Positions 55,308 through 64,000 of a stretch of 64,000 nt of DNA are shown here, piece by piece. Within the stretch, counting starts at the first letter, position 1. Every line of letters starts with the position of its first letter. Source of the DNA: Bacteroidota bacterium (lineage in GTDB: Bacteria; Bacteroidota; Bacteroidia; Flavobacteriales_D; Crocinitomicaceae); NCBI GenBank assembly GCA_024280295.1, contig JAJRQK010000025.1:22523-86522 (forward strand). Direction: 5' to 3'. The notes beneath the pieces were generated by a model that was given only the letters and a program-made list of their open reading frames with translations, made no database searches and was not told the origin of the DNA. The translations under genes were made by a program, and so were the position numbers.

Positions 55308-56882
55308 GTGTTCTATTCTTTGCTTTTGTTTATCTTAATGCTAATGATTTGGCTGTCACGTCGCTATTATGCACAAAAGCATCTTGGAGTTCAATACACG
55401 TTTACTTGGAAATCAGGATATTACTTTGTGATAGGGCTGATGTTAATCTTATCGTTGCCGAAATTTTCAGTTCTATTTATTGTTTTATTTCCACTTTTTT
55501 TATTGACAAGGCACATTCGTGTAATTCGTACGATTAAAGCATCGACATACAATGTAAACATAGCATCAGAATATAAACAGCAATTAAAGACATATCTCGC
55601 GTTGAGATCGAAACGAATGATGTTTTTCCAAAACAATGGACATGTGCTCTTCATTCTTCTCGTTGTTACTGAATTTGGACTTACCCTTGCCAGTTTCGTT
55701 CCTGGTGTGATTTCATACGATGATCATTTTTCAGTTGTTGATGAACTTTTGGTATTTGAGGGGTATAGTGCGGATGAACGAGGAATCATGCATCTTGATA
55801 ATAAGGCAAGAAACTACGCAAGAAAGTATATCAAAGAGAATAACCTAGGGAATAATTTGCTTTTTCAAGCAAAATTAAATTTTGAACACAAACACTATAC
55901 CCCTTATCGCGTCGGTAGAGATTTTCTAGAAATAGCTCAAGGGGAAGTTCAAACTAATTTCCACTTTTTCCTAAAAAAATTGAAAGCCGAAATTAGCCTA
56001 TCTCTCGGTGAAAAAGCGATACTAAATTATATGAGTTCGCCAATTAATTCGGATGGTTTTAGAAGTATTGAGTTTGAATACATACTCTCGAATAAACGGA
56101 AAGTCTTTTTACTGGGAGATTCATTTACTTGGGGATCTGGAGTAGAAAATTTAAGTTCAAGTTTTGCCGATGAATTGACTTCTCAAGGTTTTCTCGTGTA
56201 TAATTCAGGAATTGTAGGAACAAATCTTCCTCAGTATGTTGAAATAGTTCGCAAATACATTTTAACAGTAAAACCAGATGTAGTGGTGCTCAATTTATTT
56301 TTGGGAAATGATATTGTTGAACACAGGATAGACTTAAAACCATTTCATCCACAGTATTACAACACAAACGCTGGTACTCTAATGTGTGCACCTCATGGTA
56401 TGTATGCTAATAGCGCCGAAGATGCCTATGCTAGAATAATTGATCAAACGACGATTCCAAAAAAAATGTCTTGGCTGAATTATCTATCTAGTCAAACAAG
56501 AATTTCGACCTTGCTTTGGAGTGCCTTTGCAGAGATGGGAATTATTGGAAATGTGGCATCCAAAGAATCGGTGGATTATTGGGACTTTGTGAATCAGTCA
56601 AAAGTTGGTTATAAAGTGAATGCTGAGGATCTTGAAGACATTGAACGCATTTGCAAAAAGAATCAGTGTGAATTGATAGTTTCCATCATTTCTGAACGAG
56701 ATAATTTAGACTTATCTGATCTCATAGTAGATAAAATGGTGGGTAACTTCCCGTATGTAAGAATCGCTAATTTAACAAAGGAAGATTATGCACCTGATCA
56801 TCACCTTAATGAATCAGGTAATCGCAAGTATGCTAGATTTCTTCAGTTGCAAATCGAGAAAGAAGCCCTCGACAATCGTTAG
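55308..56882 (+). CDS. Polytopic membrane protein with a C-terminal SGNH/GDSL domain
   Basis: 524 aa with a GTG start and 3-4 N-terminal TM segments. SGNH blocks: VFLLGDSFTWGSG, YNSGIVGTN, LFLGNDIV, PDHHLNESGNRKYA. Confidence 0.65.
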   Translation: MFYSLLLFILMLMIWLSRRYYAQKHLGVQYTFTWKSGYYFVIGLMLILSLPKFSVLFIVLFPLFLLTRHIRVIRTIKASTYNVNIASEYKQQLKTYLALRSKRMMFFQNNGHVLFILLVVTEFGLTLASFVPGVISYDDHFSVVDELLVFEGYSADERGIMHLDNKARNYARKYIKENNLGNNLLFQAKLNFEHKHYTPYRVGRDFLEIAQGEVQTNFHFFLKKLKAEISLSLGEKAILNYMSSPINSDGFRSIEFEYILSNKRKVFLLGDSFTWGSGVENLSSSFADELTSQGFLVYNSGIVGTNLPQYVEIVRKYILTVKPDVVVLNLFLGNDIVEHRIDLKPFHPQYYNTNAGTLMCAPHGMYANSAEDAYARIIDQTTIPKKMSWLNYLSSQTRISTLLWSAFAEMGIIGNVASKESVDYWDFVNQSKVGYKVNAEDLEDIERICKKNQCELIVSIISERDNLDLSDLIVDKMVGNFPYVRIANLTKEDYAPDHHLNESGNRKYARFLQLQIEKEALDNR

Positions 56883-57055
56883 GCTGTACTTCATTGATGC
56901 TATTCACTATAAACACATATAGTATTTGTGGGACCTTACCCGAATCGTTTACTCAGTAAATGGTCAATTCCTATAAGGAAATGAAGAAAGCACCTCTTAG
57001 TTAGTTCAGAACAGTTCTTGTTTCTAGATGGTAAGATTAATTCTTTTTCGTTTCT

Positions 57056-60000
57056 TTGAAACAATTCTTACTGCTAATGATTTCCTTTTTTCAATTCTTT
57101 ACTCAAAAATTGCGACTCAGTAATCCGTGGCGGTACAAAGTTCCACTACTTATTTCGTTTTGTTATTTCTTACTCCTCACAGGTAATGTCCATCCCTATA
57201 TTGCCTCAATGTCATTCTTTGCAGCAATCGGAACAACGATTGGTTTTATGGGCTTCGGATATTTGACAAATGATCTTGCCGACCGAAAAAAAGATGCGCT
57301 TGCTGGAAAAGGAAATGGAACTGCGAAATTATCCTCAGCATCAATTTTACTTTTAGTCCTCACCTTTTTGGCTATTGCAATTTTGCCTTGGATTTATCTC
57401 CCAATGGATCGAGTTTCGGTTGTTTGCATTATTACAGAACTGGTCTTATTCGTGTTGTATGCATTCCCTCCTTTTCGCCTTAAGGAAAGAGGTTTTTTAG
57501 GAGTGATTACGGATTCTCTCTATGCACATGTCGTCCCTGGGTTTCTTGCTTCTTGGACATTTTATTTAGTTGGTAACGAACACTATAAAAACTTCTTTTA
57601 TTTCGCAATTGCACTTTCAGTTTGGCAATTATTCTCAGGAATTCGAAACATAATTTCTCATCACTATAAGGATTACGAAAACGATCAAACGAGTGGAACC
57701 AGAACCTTTGCTACACAGATTGGAAAAGAGAAAGTGTATAAGCTAATCACTCATTTTTTCATTCCGTTGGAGATTATCTCTGCGTTGGGGTTTCTTGTCG
57801 TTATTCAATTTGAAATTGATTTCCTCTTCATTCCAGTGATCATTTTCCCCTTTATTGCTTGGTCGAAGTATCGTAATGGGAGATCGGAAACATCAGCCAA
57901 ACATTTTACTAATACCTTTTTAGATCGATTTTATATTCACTGGTTTCCTTACATCGTTCTTTTCGCTCTAGTATTCGGAATCTACGATTTTTGGTGGATT
58001 GTACTTTTTCACGTATTGATCTTTCATCCATTAACTGGGAGAATTTCACGCCATATTTTTGCGAAGAAAGCGGATGTAACTTCTGAAGAAGTCATCCCAA
58101 ACAAGATTGCGATTCTATCAACAAATCGAAATCAATATTCGGAGACGTTTATTCAATCACACATTCGTTTACTTTCAAATGCAATCATTTATTCGGATGG
58201 ATACTTTCCAACATCAGTCTCTACGAACCGAGGGGAAACGTGGAATAAATTAGAATTTTCAGATAGTCCTAAATCAGATTTAGTCCAGTCATGGAAAGAC
58301 AACAATGTGAAAGTTGTTTTAGCTGAATACGGACCTGCTGGTGTTGAACTAATAAAGGCATGTCAGAAGGCGAATATTCCTTTGGTTGTTCATTTTCATG
58401 GCTTTGATGCGTATCGGGATGATGTTCTGAAATCTTACAAAGAGCGCTACAAAGAGTTGTTTCAAATTGCTTCTAAGATTATCATTGTTTCCAATGATAT
58501 GAAGTCTCAGTTACTCGCATTAGGTTGCCCAAAAGAGAAATTGGAACAAATAACCTACGGCGTTGATGCGGAGCTATTCTCTCCTCCATATCAGAATGAT
58601 AAACGAAATGGTTTCATTGCCTGTGGACGCTTTGTCCCAAAAAAATCTCCGTTAACAACAATTCGAGCTTTCGCAAAAATTGTTGAGTTACATCCGAATG
58701 CAAAATTGACGTTTATTGGTGATGGCGAGTTGCTTGAAGAAGCGATTTCACTGAGTAAAGAGCTTAAAATTGAAGGGAACATTGACTTCAAAGGAGTTTT
58801 GAGTCCTGCAGAGGTTGCCGATGAGTTTAAAAAGCACGCAATTTTTGTTCAGCATTCAGTCCGCACAACTCAAAACGATTCAGAAGGAACACCACTTTCG
58901 TTATTAGAAGCTGCCGCATCGGGATTGGCAATTGTGGCTACAAATCACGGTGGAATTTCTGATGTCATTGTTGATGGTGAATCTGGTTTCCTTGTTGAGG
59001 AAGGGGATGTTGTCGAAATGACTAAGCGCATGCTTCAAGTTTTTGAGGATGATAAACTTAAAAAACAACTCGGATCGAAAGCAAGGGAAACGGTTTTGAA
59101 AAATTACCATTTGGTAGGTTATATATCTTCATTGGAGTCGTGTTTAAATCAAGCTGAAACCCCACCAAAGAAAGAAAGTAAATTGACTATTTGGAAGAAT
59201 CGATTAATTGTCTTTTTAGTCTTGTTTTTAGTTGCGGAAATCGCTCTCAGAATGGTTGGCTATAAAGCGGGAGTCATCGAAGATTTCTATTTTCATCGTG
59301 GAGAAGTGCAATACGATTCCTTGCTTTACGCCGATGAAGTTGGTATTACGCACATAGTTGACGGAGTAGAACTGATTGTTGATGGTGAAATAAATTCCGA
59401 AGGATTTTTGAGCTCGGTAGAATTTACCGCTGAATCAATGGACTCAATTCGAGAATCAGGGAAGAAAATCATTATGCTAATCGGTGATTCATATGCGCAG
59501 GGATGTTGTGCTGATAGTTACAATTACTCGTTTGCGAATCTTATTAACCAATCGGATGATTACGAAGTTCTCAATTTTGGAATTCCAGGAGCAGATCCAG
59601 TTCAATACCGTCTAATTGTTGAGAAATATGCACCAATTCTAAAGCCAGATTTGATTCTAGTAACAGTTTATGGGGGAAATGACATCTTGGAATATGATCG
59701 AACTGCGAAGCCATTTATTCCGATTGCTTATCCAATCAAGAATGGTCCTTGGCTCAATTCAGAAGGTCCAATTTATTTAACAAAGCAAGGAACTTACTTC
59801 AAGGATTTCAATGAAGCTAAGGCGCATTACTTCGAATATTTCTCTCTCTGGAGTGATGAATCTTCGTTCTTTGAGAAAACGATTCGTTACAGTGTAATTC
59901 TATCTCGCCCTTATATGAAATGGAAAACAAGTAAGCAATACAATAAAATCAAGTATCAAATGCCTGATAAATTAGATCACATGCCTTACTCAAAGGAAAA

Positions 60001-60265
60001 TCTTATTTCACTGTCGGCTTTTGCCTCAAATCTTAAAATCCCAATTCAATATACATTGATTCCATCTCCGTCTGATGTTATATCCAATCTAAACCTTCGC
60101 AAGAAATACAATTTTGTTTTTGGAGAAATAAGCTATGGAGTATCTGATAAATTGGTGATTGAAGATTACGATGGAGACGCGGACGCGAATCACTTTAACA
60201 ATCAAGGACATCAGAAATATGCAATATATCTGACAACTTTAATTGATGCAAAACTTTCTGAATGA
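57056..60265 (+). CDS. Triple-domain fusion: UbiA-family prenyltransferase (polytopic) - GT4 glycosyltransferase - TM helix - SGNH domain
   Basis: 1069 aa. The UbiA Asp-rich motifs are NDLADRKKD (57269-57295) and YKDYENDQTSG. The GT4 E-x7-E region is EGTPLSLLEAAASGLAIVATNHGGISDVIVDGESGFLVEE. The TM helix is LIVFLVLFLVAEIALRMVGY. SGNH blocks are MLIGDSYAQG, NFGIPGAD, VYGGNDIL and DANHFNNQGHQKYA. The TTG start is uncertain; ATG at 57077 is an alternative. Confidence 0.75.
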   Translation: MKQFLLLMISFFQFFTQKLRLSNPWRYKVPLLISFCYFLLLTGNVHPYIASMSFFAAIGTTIGFMGFGYLTNDLADRKKDALAGKGNGTAKLSSASILLLVLTFLAIAILPWIYLPMDRVSVVCIITELVLFVLYAFPPFRLKERGFLGVITDSLYAHVVPGFLASWTFYLVGNEHYKNFFYFAIALSVWQLFSGIRNIISHHYKDYENDQTSGTRTFATQIGKEKVYKLITHFFIPLEIISALGFLVVIQFEIDFLFIPVIIFPFIAWSKYRNGRSETSAKHFTNTFLDRFYIHWFPYIVLFALVFGIYDFWWIVLFHVLIFHPLTGRISRHIFAKKADVTSEEVIPNKIAILSTNRNQYSETFIQSHIRLLSNAIIYSDGYFPTSVSTNRGETWNKLEFSDSPKSDLVQSWKDNNVKVVLAEYGPAGVELIKACQKANIPLVVHFHGFDAYRDDVLKSYKERYKELFQIASKIIIVSNDMKSQLLALGCPKEKLEQITYGVDAELFSPPYQNDKRNGFIACGRFVPKKSPLTTIRAFAKIVELHPNAKLTFIGDGELLEEAISLSKELKIEGNIDFKGVLSPAEVADEFKKHAIFVQHSVRTTQNDSEGTPLSLLEAAASGLAIVATNHGGISDVIVDGESGFLVEEGDVVEMTKRMLQVFEDDKLKKQLGSKARETVLKNYHLVGYISSLESCLNQAETPPKKESKLTIWKNRLIVFLVLFLVAEIALRMVGYKAGVIEDFYFHRGEVQYDSLLYADEVGITHIVDGVELIVDGEINSEGFLSSVEFTAESMDSIRESGKKIIMLIGDSYAQGCCADSYNYSFANLINQSDDYEVLNFGIPGADPVQYRLIVEKYAPILKPDLILVTVYGGNDILEYDRTAKPFIPIAYPIKNGPWLNSEGPIYLTKQGTYFKDFNEAKAHYFEYFSLWSDESSFFEKTIRYSVILSRPYMKWKTSKQYNKIKYQMPDKLDHMPYSKENLISLSAFASNLKIPIQYTLIPSPSDVISNLNLRKKYNFVFGEISYGVSDKLVIEDYDGDADANHFNNQGHQKYAIYLTTLIDAKLSE

Positions 60266-60315
60266 ACTATTTTCGCCAAATTGCAATTGATAATGAATAC
60301 GACTAACGAAAAATA

Positions 60316-60465
60316 ATGGACTTTTTAAAAGATATTTGGGGCTTCATCAAGGAACGCAAAAAATACTGGCTTGGACCGGTTATTATTATGTTGCTATTAA
60401 TTGGAGTGCTATTGGTAATTGGCGGAGGAAGTAGTGTTGCTCCATTTATTTATTCACTCTTTTAA
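60316..60465 (+). CDS. Small membrane protein, DUF5989/SxtK-like (49 aa; below the ORF-track length cutoff)
   Basis: ATG at 60316 gives MDFLKDIWGFIKERKKYWLGPVIIMLLLIGVLLVIGGGSSVAPFIYSLF*. Its TAA overlaps the next gene's ATG by 1 nt. It matches my memory of the short proteins that accompany SxtJ and carbamoyltransferase genes. Confidence 0.65.
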   Translation: MDFLKDIWGFIKERKKYWLGPVIIMLLLIGVLLVIGGGSSVAPFIYSLF

Positions 60466-60839
60466 TGTCGTCTCAATCCAAGTCGATTAACCCCTCGAAA
60501 ACGGTACTTGTCATTACTGTCGGATTTCTTGTATTATTCTTCTTTTCAAAACAAAATTTATTATTGTATATCGCATTGAGTGTTGGTATTCTTGGTGCAC
60601 TTTCAAGTTACTTGGCAGACAAAATTGATTGGCTTTGGACCAAAATCGGTTGGATTCTCAGTTTTATCGTTCCAAATATCATCATGACAATTATTTTCTA
60701 TCTAGTTCTAGTACCAACTGCTTTTTTATCTCGCATTTTCGGCAAGTCTGATCCAATGGATTTAAAAAATTCACAGCCATCCTTATTTAAGAAGAAAGAT
60801 ACAATCTTTAGCAAAGAATCATTCGAGAAACCTTGGTGA
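60465..60839 (+). CDS. SxtJ-like small membrane protein
   Basis: 124 aa with three hydrophobic segments. It sits between the DUF5989-like ORF and the carbamoyltransferase gene. Confidence 0.55.
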   Translation: MSSQSKSINPSKTVLVITVGFLVLFFFSKQNLLLYIALSVGILGALSSYLADKIDWLWTKIGWILSFIVPNIIMTIIFYLVLVPTAFLSRIFGKSDPMDLKNSQPSLFKKKDTIFSKESFEKPW

Positions 60840-60840
60840 T

Positions 60841-62706
60841 ATGGCAGCAATTATAGGAATATCAGCCTTTTATCATGATTCAGCAGCAGCGATTGTTGTA
60901 GACGGTAAACTGATTGCAGCAGCTCAAGAAGAACGATTCACAAGAATCAAACACACGGAAGTATTTCCAGGAAATGCCGTTAAGTTCTGTTTGGAAGAAG
61001 CAGGATTAACAATTGATGAATTGGATGCTGTCGTTTTTTACGATAAGCCACTGCTGAAATTTGAACGATTGCTTCAAACATATTACTCATTCGCGCCTAA
61101 AGGATTGATTTCCTTTCTTAAAGCGATGCCTGTTTGGTTGAATGAAAAATTATTTCTTCGAAAGAAAATAAAGGAAGGTCTTGCGGAAGTTGGACCGTAT
61201 GACAAGAGCAAACTGAAAATGCTTTTTACAGAGCATCATTTATCTCACGCCGCAAGTGCATTTTATCCGTCAAATTTTGAAGATGCTGCTATCCTCACAA
61301 TTGATGGAGTGGGCGAGTGGTGTACAGCTTCTATTGGTATCGGAAAAGGAAACTCAATTGAGTTGGTGAAAGAAATGAATTTCCCTCATTCTGTTGGATT
61401 ATTGTATAGCGCTTTCACTTATTATTTGGGATTCAAAGTCAACTCTGGGGAATACAAACTAATGGGACTTGCTCCTTATGGTCATGTCGATTCTGATGAA
61501 ACCAAGAAATTCGTTGAGTTGATAAAATCAAAGTTGATTGACATTAAAGAAGATGGTTCGATCTGGCTGAATCAAGAATATTTCAACTACGCTACTGGAC
61601 TTCGAATGGTGAAGGATGCTAAATGGAAAGCTCTTTTTGGAGTTGTTCGAAAAGAGGATGAAAGCGACCTGACCCAAGCACATTGTAATTTAGCATTGGC
61701 AATTCAACTTGTTACCGAAGAGATCGTCTTGAAAATGGCGCAAGAAGCAAAAAACTTAACGGGTTTGAATAATCTCTGCATGGCTGGCGGTGTTGCACTT
61801 AATTGCGTGGCGAATGGGAAATTAGAGGCGGCGAATATATTTGATGAAATTTACATTCAACCTGCATCTGGCGATTGTGGTGGAGCAGTTGGAGCTGCAA
61901 TGACAATTAGTGCGATGTATTTTGACGAACCTCGAATTCTCAATATCGAGGAAGATGCAATGAATGGAACGTATTTAGGCCCCTATTTTTCTTCCAAGGA
62001 GATTGAGTTGATGTCGCGGAAACGAAAAGCGGTCTTTGATCAGTATGATGATTTTAGTGAGCTAAATGAAATCATTGCAACGAAACTTTCAGAAGGAAAT
62101 GTGATCGGTTGGTTCCAAGATCGAATGGAATTTGGTCCTCGTGCTCTAGGAAATCGAAGCATCATTGCAGACCCAACAAATCGATATATGCAGTCTAAGG
62201 TGAATCTCAAAATAAAATACCGAGAAGGATTTAGACCATTTGCTCCTTCAGTTTTAGAGGAGGATACTTCTGAATATTTTGATCTCAAATCGAAATCGCC
62301 TTACATGTTGCTTGTTGCGCCTGTTACTGAAAAGTATCGAATTGATTTACCTGTGAATTATCACAGTTTACCAATGATGGATCAGCTTAAAACAGAGAGA
62401 AGCAAGTTACAAGCGATCACTCATGTTGATTTTTCTGCTCGAATTCAATCTGTCAGTAAAAAAATGAATCCTCGTTATTGGGAATTAATCAATGCGTTTA
62501 AACAAAAATCAGGTATTGGAATGGTCGTGAATACTAGTTTTAATGTCAGAGGAGAACCAATTGTATGCACTCCTGATGATGCCTTTCGCTGTTTTATGAG
62601 TACGGAAATGGACTACCTTGTAATTGAAAATTATGTTTTCACTAAAACGGCTCAAATTGATTTCGAAAACAAGGGTAATTGGAGAATTGCTTTCGAGAAA
62701 GACTAA
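60841..62706 (+). CDS. NodU/CmcH-family O-carbamoyltransferase
   Basis: 621 aa. The N-terminus IIGISAFYHDSAAAIVVDGKLIAAAQEERFTRIKH, together with EHHLSHAASAF, MAGGVALNC and NTSFNVRGEPIV, is typical of the family. Confidence 0.85.
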   Translation: MAAIIGISAFYHDSAAAIVVDGKLIAAAQEERFTRIKHTEVFPGNAVKFCLEEAGLTIDELDAVVFYDKPLLKFERLLQTYYSFAPKGLISFLKAMPVWLNEKLFLRKKIKEGLAEVGPYDKSKLKMLFTEHHLSHAASAFYPSNFEDAAILTIDGVGEWCTASIGIGKGNSIELVKEMNFPHSVGLLYSAFTYYLGFKVNSGEYKLMGLAPYGHVDSDETKKFVELIKSKLIDIKEDGSIWLNQEYFNYATGLRMVKDAKWKALFGVVRKEDESDLTQAHCNLALAIQLVTEEIVLKMAQEAKNLTGLNNLCMAGGVALNCVANGKLEAANIFDEIYIQPASGDCGGAVGAAMTISAMYFDEPRILNIEEDAMNGTYLGPYFSSKEIELMSRKRKAVFDQYDDFSELNEIIATKLSEGNVIGWFQDRMEFGPRALGNRSIIADPTNRYMQSKVNLKIKYREGFRPFAPSVLEEDTSEYFDLKSKSPYMLLVAPVTEKYRIDLPVNYHSLPMMDQLKTERSKLQAITHVDFSARIQSVSKKMNPRYWELINAFKQKSGIGMVVNTSFNVRGEPIVCTPDDAFRCFMSTEMDYLVIENYVFTKTAQIDFENKGNWRIAFEKD

Positions 62707-62752
62707 TTGATTAATACAGAGTTGTATTTTTACAATAGATAACATTTACTAA

Positions 62753-63730
62753 ATGAAACGAATTCTTGTGCTTGGTGCTGGAGGCTTTATCGGAAGCCAT
62801 TTAGTAACCCGACTGAAAAATAATGGACATCACGTGGTTGGTGTCGATTTGAAGTATCCAGAATTCTCCGAAACACAGGCTGATGAATTTGTTATCGGTG
62901 ACTTACGAGATCCTAATGTTTGCGAAGCAGTAATAAAGGACGAGATTGACGAGATCTACCAACTCGCTGCCGATATGGGAGGTGCTGGATACTTGTTTAC
63001 AGGTGAAAATGATTTTAATGTCATGCACAATTCAGCGTTAATTAATCTAAATGTTTCTCATTTTGCAATTCAGTCGAAAGTTGAAAGGGTGTTTTTCTCA
63101 TCTTCGGCGTGTATTTATCCTCAATTCAATCAAACTGATCCAAACAATCCTAATTGTGAGGAGAGTTCAGCGTATCCTGCCGATCCAGATAGTGAATATG
63201 GTTGGGAGAAGATTTTTTCTGAGAGATTGTATCATGCAGCATCAAGAAATTACGATTTGAATGTACGAATTGCACGTTTTCATAATATTTACGGTCCAGA
63301 AGGAACTTGGAATTCTGGAAAGGAAAAAGCTCCAGCTGCATTATGTCGAAAAGTCGCAATGGCAAAACAAGAAGATACCATCGAAATTTGGGGGGATGGA
63401 ACTCAAACACGATCCTTTCTCTACATTGATGATTGCATTGATGGAATTTTGGCCTTGATGGGATCAGATTGTACAGAAGTACTAAATATTGGTTCAGAGG
63501 AAATGGTAACCATTAACCGCCTCGCGGAAATGATTGCTTCTCATGCAGATAAATCAATTTTATTAAATCACATTGATGGACCAATTGGCGTGATGGGGCG
63601 TAATTCAGAGAATTCCTTGGTAATGAAGTCAATTGGATGGAGCCCAAAAGTAAGTCTTTCAGAAGGACTTTTGAAAACATATCAATGGATCGATTCTGAA
63701 GTTGTTAAATTGAAAGTCTCACACAATTAA
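62753..63730 (+). CDS. NAD-dependent sugar-nucleotide epimerase, GDP-mannose 3,5-epimerase-like
   Basis: 325 aa with Rossmann motif LGAGGFIGSHL. SSACIYP ... YGWEK ... RFHNIYGPEGTW.SGKEKAPAALCRK ... WGDGTQTRSF is collinear with plant GDP-mannose 3,5-epimerase as I remember it. Confidence 0.7.
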   Translation: MKRILVLGAGGFIGSHLVTRLKNNGHHVVGVDLKYPEFSETQADEFVIGDLRDPNVCEAVIKDEIDEIYQLAADMGGAGYLFTGENDFNVMHNSALINLNVSHFAIQSKVERVFFSSSACIYPQFNQTDPNNPNCEESSAYPADPDSEYGWEKIFSERLYHAASRNYDLNVRIARFHNIYGPEGTWNSGKEKAPAALCRKVAMAKQEDTIEIWGDGTQTRSFLYIDDCIDGILALMGSDCTEVLNIGSEEMVTINRLAEMIASHADKSILLNHIDGPIGVMGRNSENSLVMKSIGWSPKVSLSEGLLKTYQWIDSEVVKLKVSHN

Positions 63731-64000
63731 TGTCCGACAAAACACCATACATTTCTTTCGTTGTTACTTCCAGAAATGACAATCATGGGGGAGACCTGCG
63801 CAAGCGAATGATGATTTTCTACAAAGGATTGATTCATCAATGCAACAAGTTCAAGCTTCCTTGCGAGTTAATTATGGTTGATTGGAATTCGCCCGATCAG
63901 AATGAATTGTTGGACAAAGTGCTACCTCCAGTTTCTGCATCTGATTATTTGTCCGTTCGATACGTGATCGTTCCTCCACAAATTCACAATGAACTTCGTT
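63730..64000 (+). CDS. Partial CDS (N-terminal 90 codons), possibly a GT-A-like glycosyltransferase; continues past the window end
   Basis: The ATG at 63730 overlaps the upstream TAA by 1 nt. The translation is MSDKTPYISFVVTSRNDNHGGDLRKRMMIFYKGLI...ELIMVDWNSPDQ and the frame stays open to 64000. The function is a guess from context. Confidence 0.45.
   Translation, partial: MSDKTPYISFVVTSRNDNHGGDLRKRMMIFYKGLIHQCNKFKLPCELIMVDWNSPDQNELLDKVLPPVSASDYLSVRYVIVPPQIHNELR

Noticed and set aside
29200-64000. The glycan locus as a horizontally acquired island or mobile element
   Set aside because: No integrase, transposase, tRNA or flanking direct repeat is visible. Base composition does not look different by eye, but I did not compute GC or codon statistics, so this remains untested rather than disproved.

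Overview
This 64-kb window is gene-dense on both strands and looks like a low-GC Bacteroidota chromosome. That lineage is inferred from T9SS C-terminal sorting domains, SBBP propeller proteins, a MurF-Alr fusion and TAnnTTTG-like promoter boxes. I saw no rRNA, tRNA, CRISPR array, transposase or integrase.

Layout:
- 1-20.6 kb: secreted-protein and housekeeping genes. These are a partial large secreted protein, an M28 peptidase, tdk, murF-alr, two paralogous SBBP/T9SS proteins with 153-bp in-frame tandem repeats, a membrane-anchored propeller-LytTR regulator and a patatin-like lipase.
- 20.7-28.9 kb: Wzy_C/O-antigen-ligase-like and Wzz-like genes, an exbB-exbD-exbD operon, and an MBOAT plus AlgJ-like O-acetylation pair.
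- 29.2-64 kb: one very large surface glycan or glycolipid locus that continues past the window end. This is the candidate novel system.

The locus contains:
- An N-acyl-4-amino-sugar module: WecE-like transaminase, ACP, FabH-like KAS III, GNAT and an ArnC-like polyprenyl-phosphate glycosyltransferase.
- A split wzm ... wzt ABC exporter with a methyltransferase gene immediately upstream of wzt.
- Nine PhyH-type Fe(II)/2OG dioxygenase domains in eight genes. Every gene ends in a MinD-like amphipathic C-terminal tail.
- A frameshifted P4H-like oxygenase with an H-x-G motif.
- A cytochrome c / PHM-like copper monooxygenase lipoprotein with a thioredoxin-fold partner.
- Three radical SAM enzymes with an N-terminal Cys-rich (twitch-like) domain.
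- Three paralogous membrane-anchored SGNH domains and a UbiA-GT4-SGNH triple fusion.
- An SxtK/SxtJ/carbamoyltransferase triad and a GDP-mannose-3,5-epimerase-like gene.

Three genes in the locus carry single disrupting lesions: two in-frame TAA codons and one homopolymer frameshift.

All calls come from reading the translations and DNA by eye. No database search or composition statistic was run.
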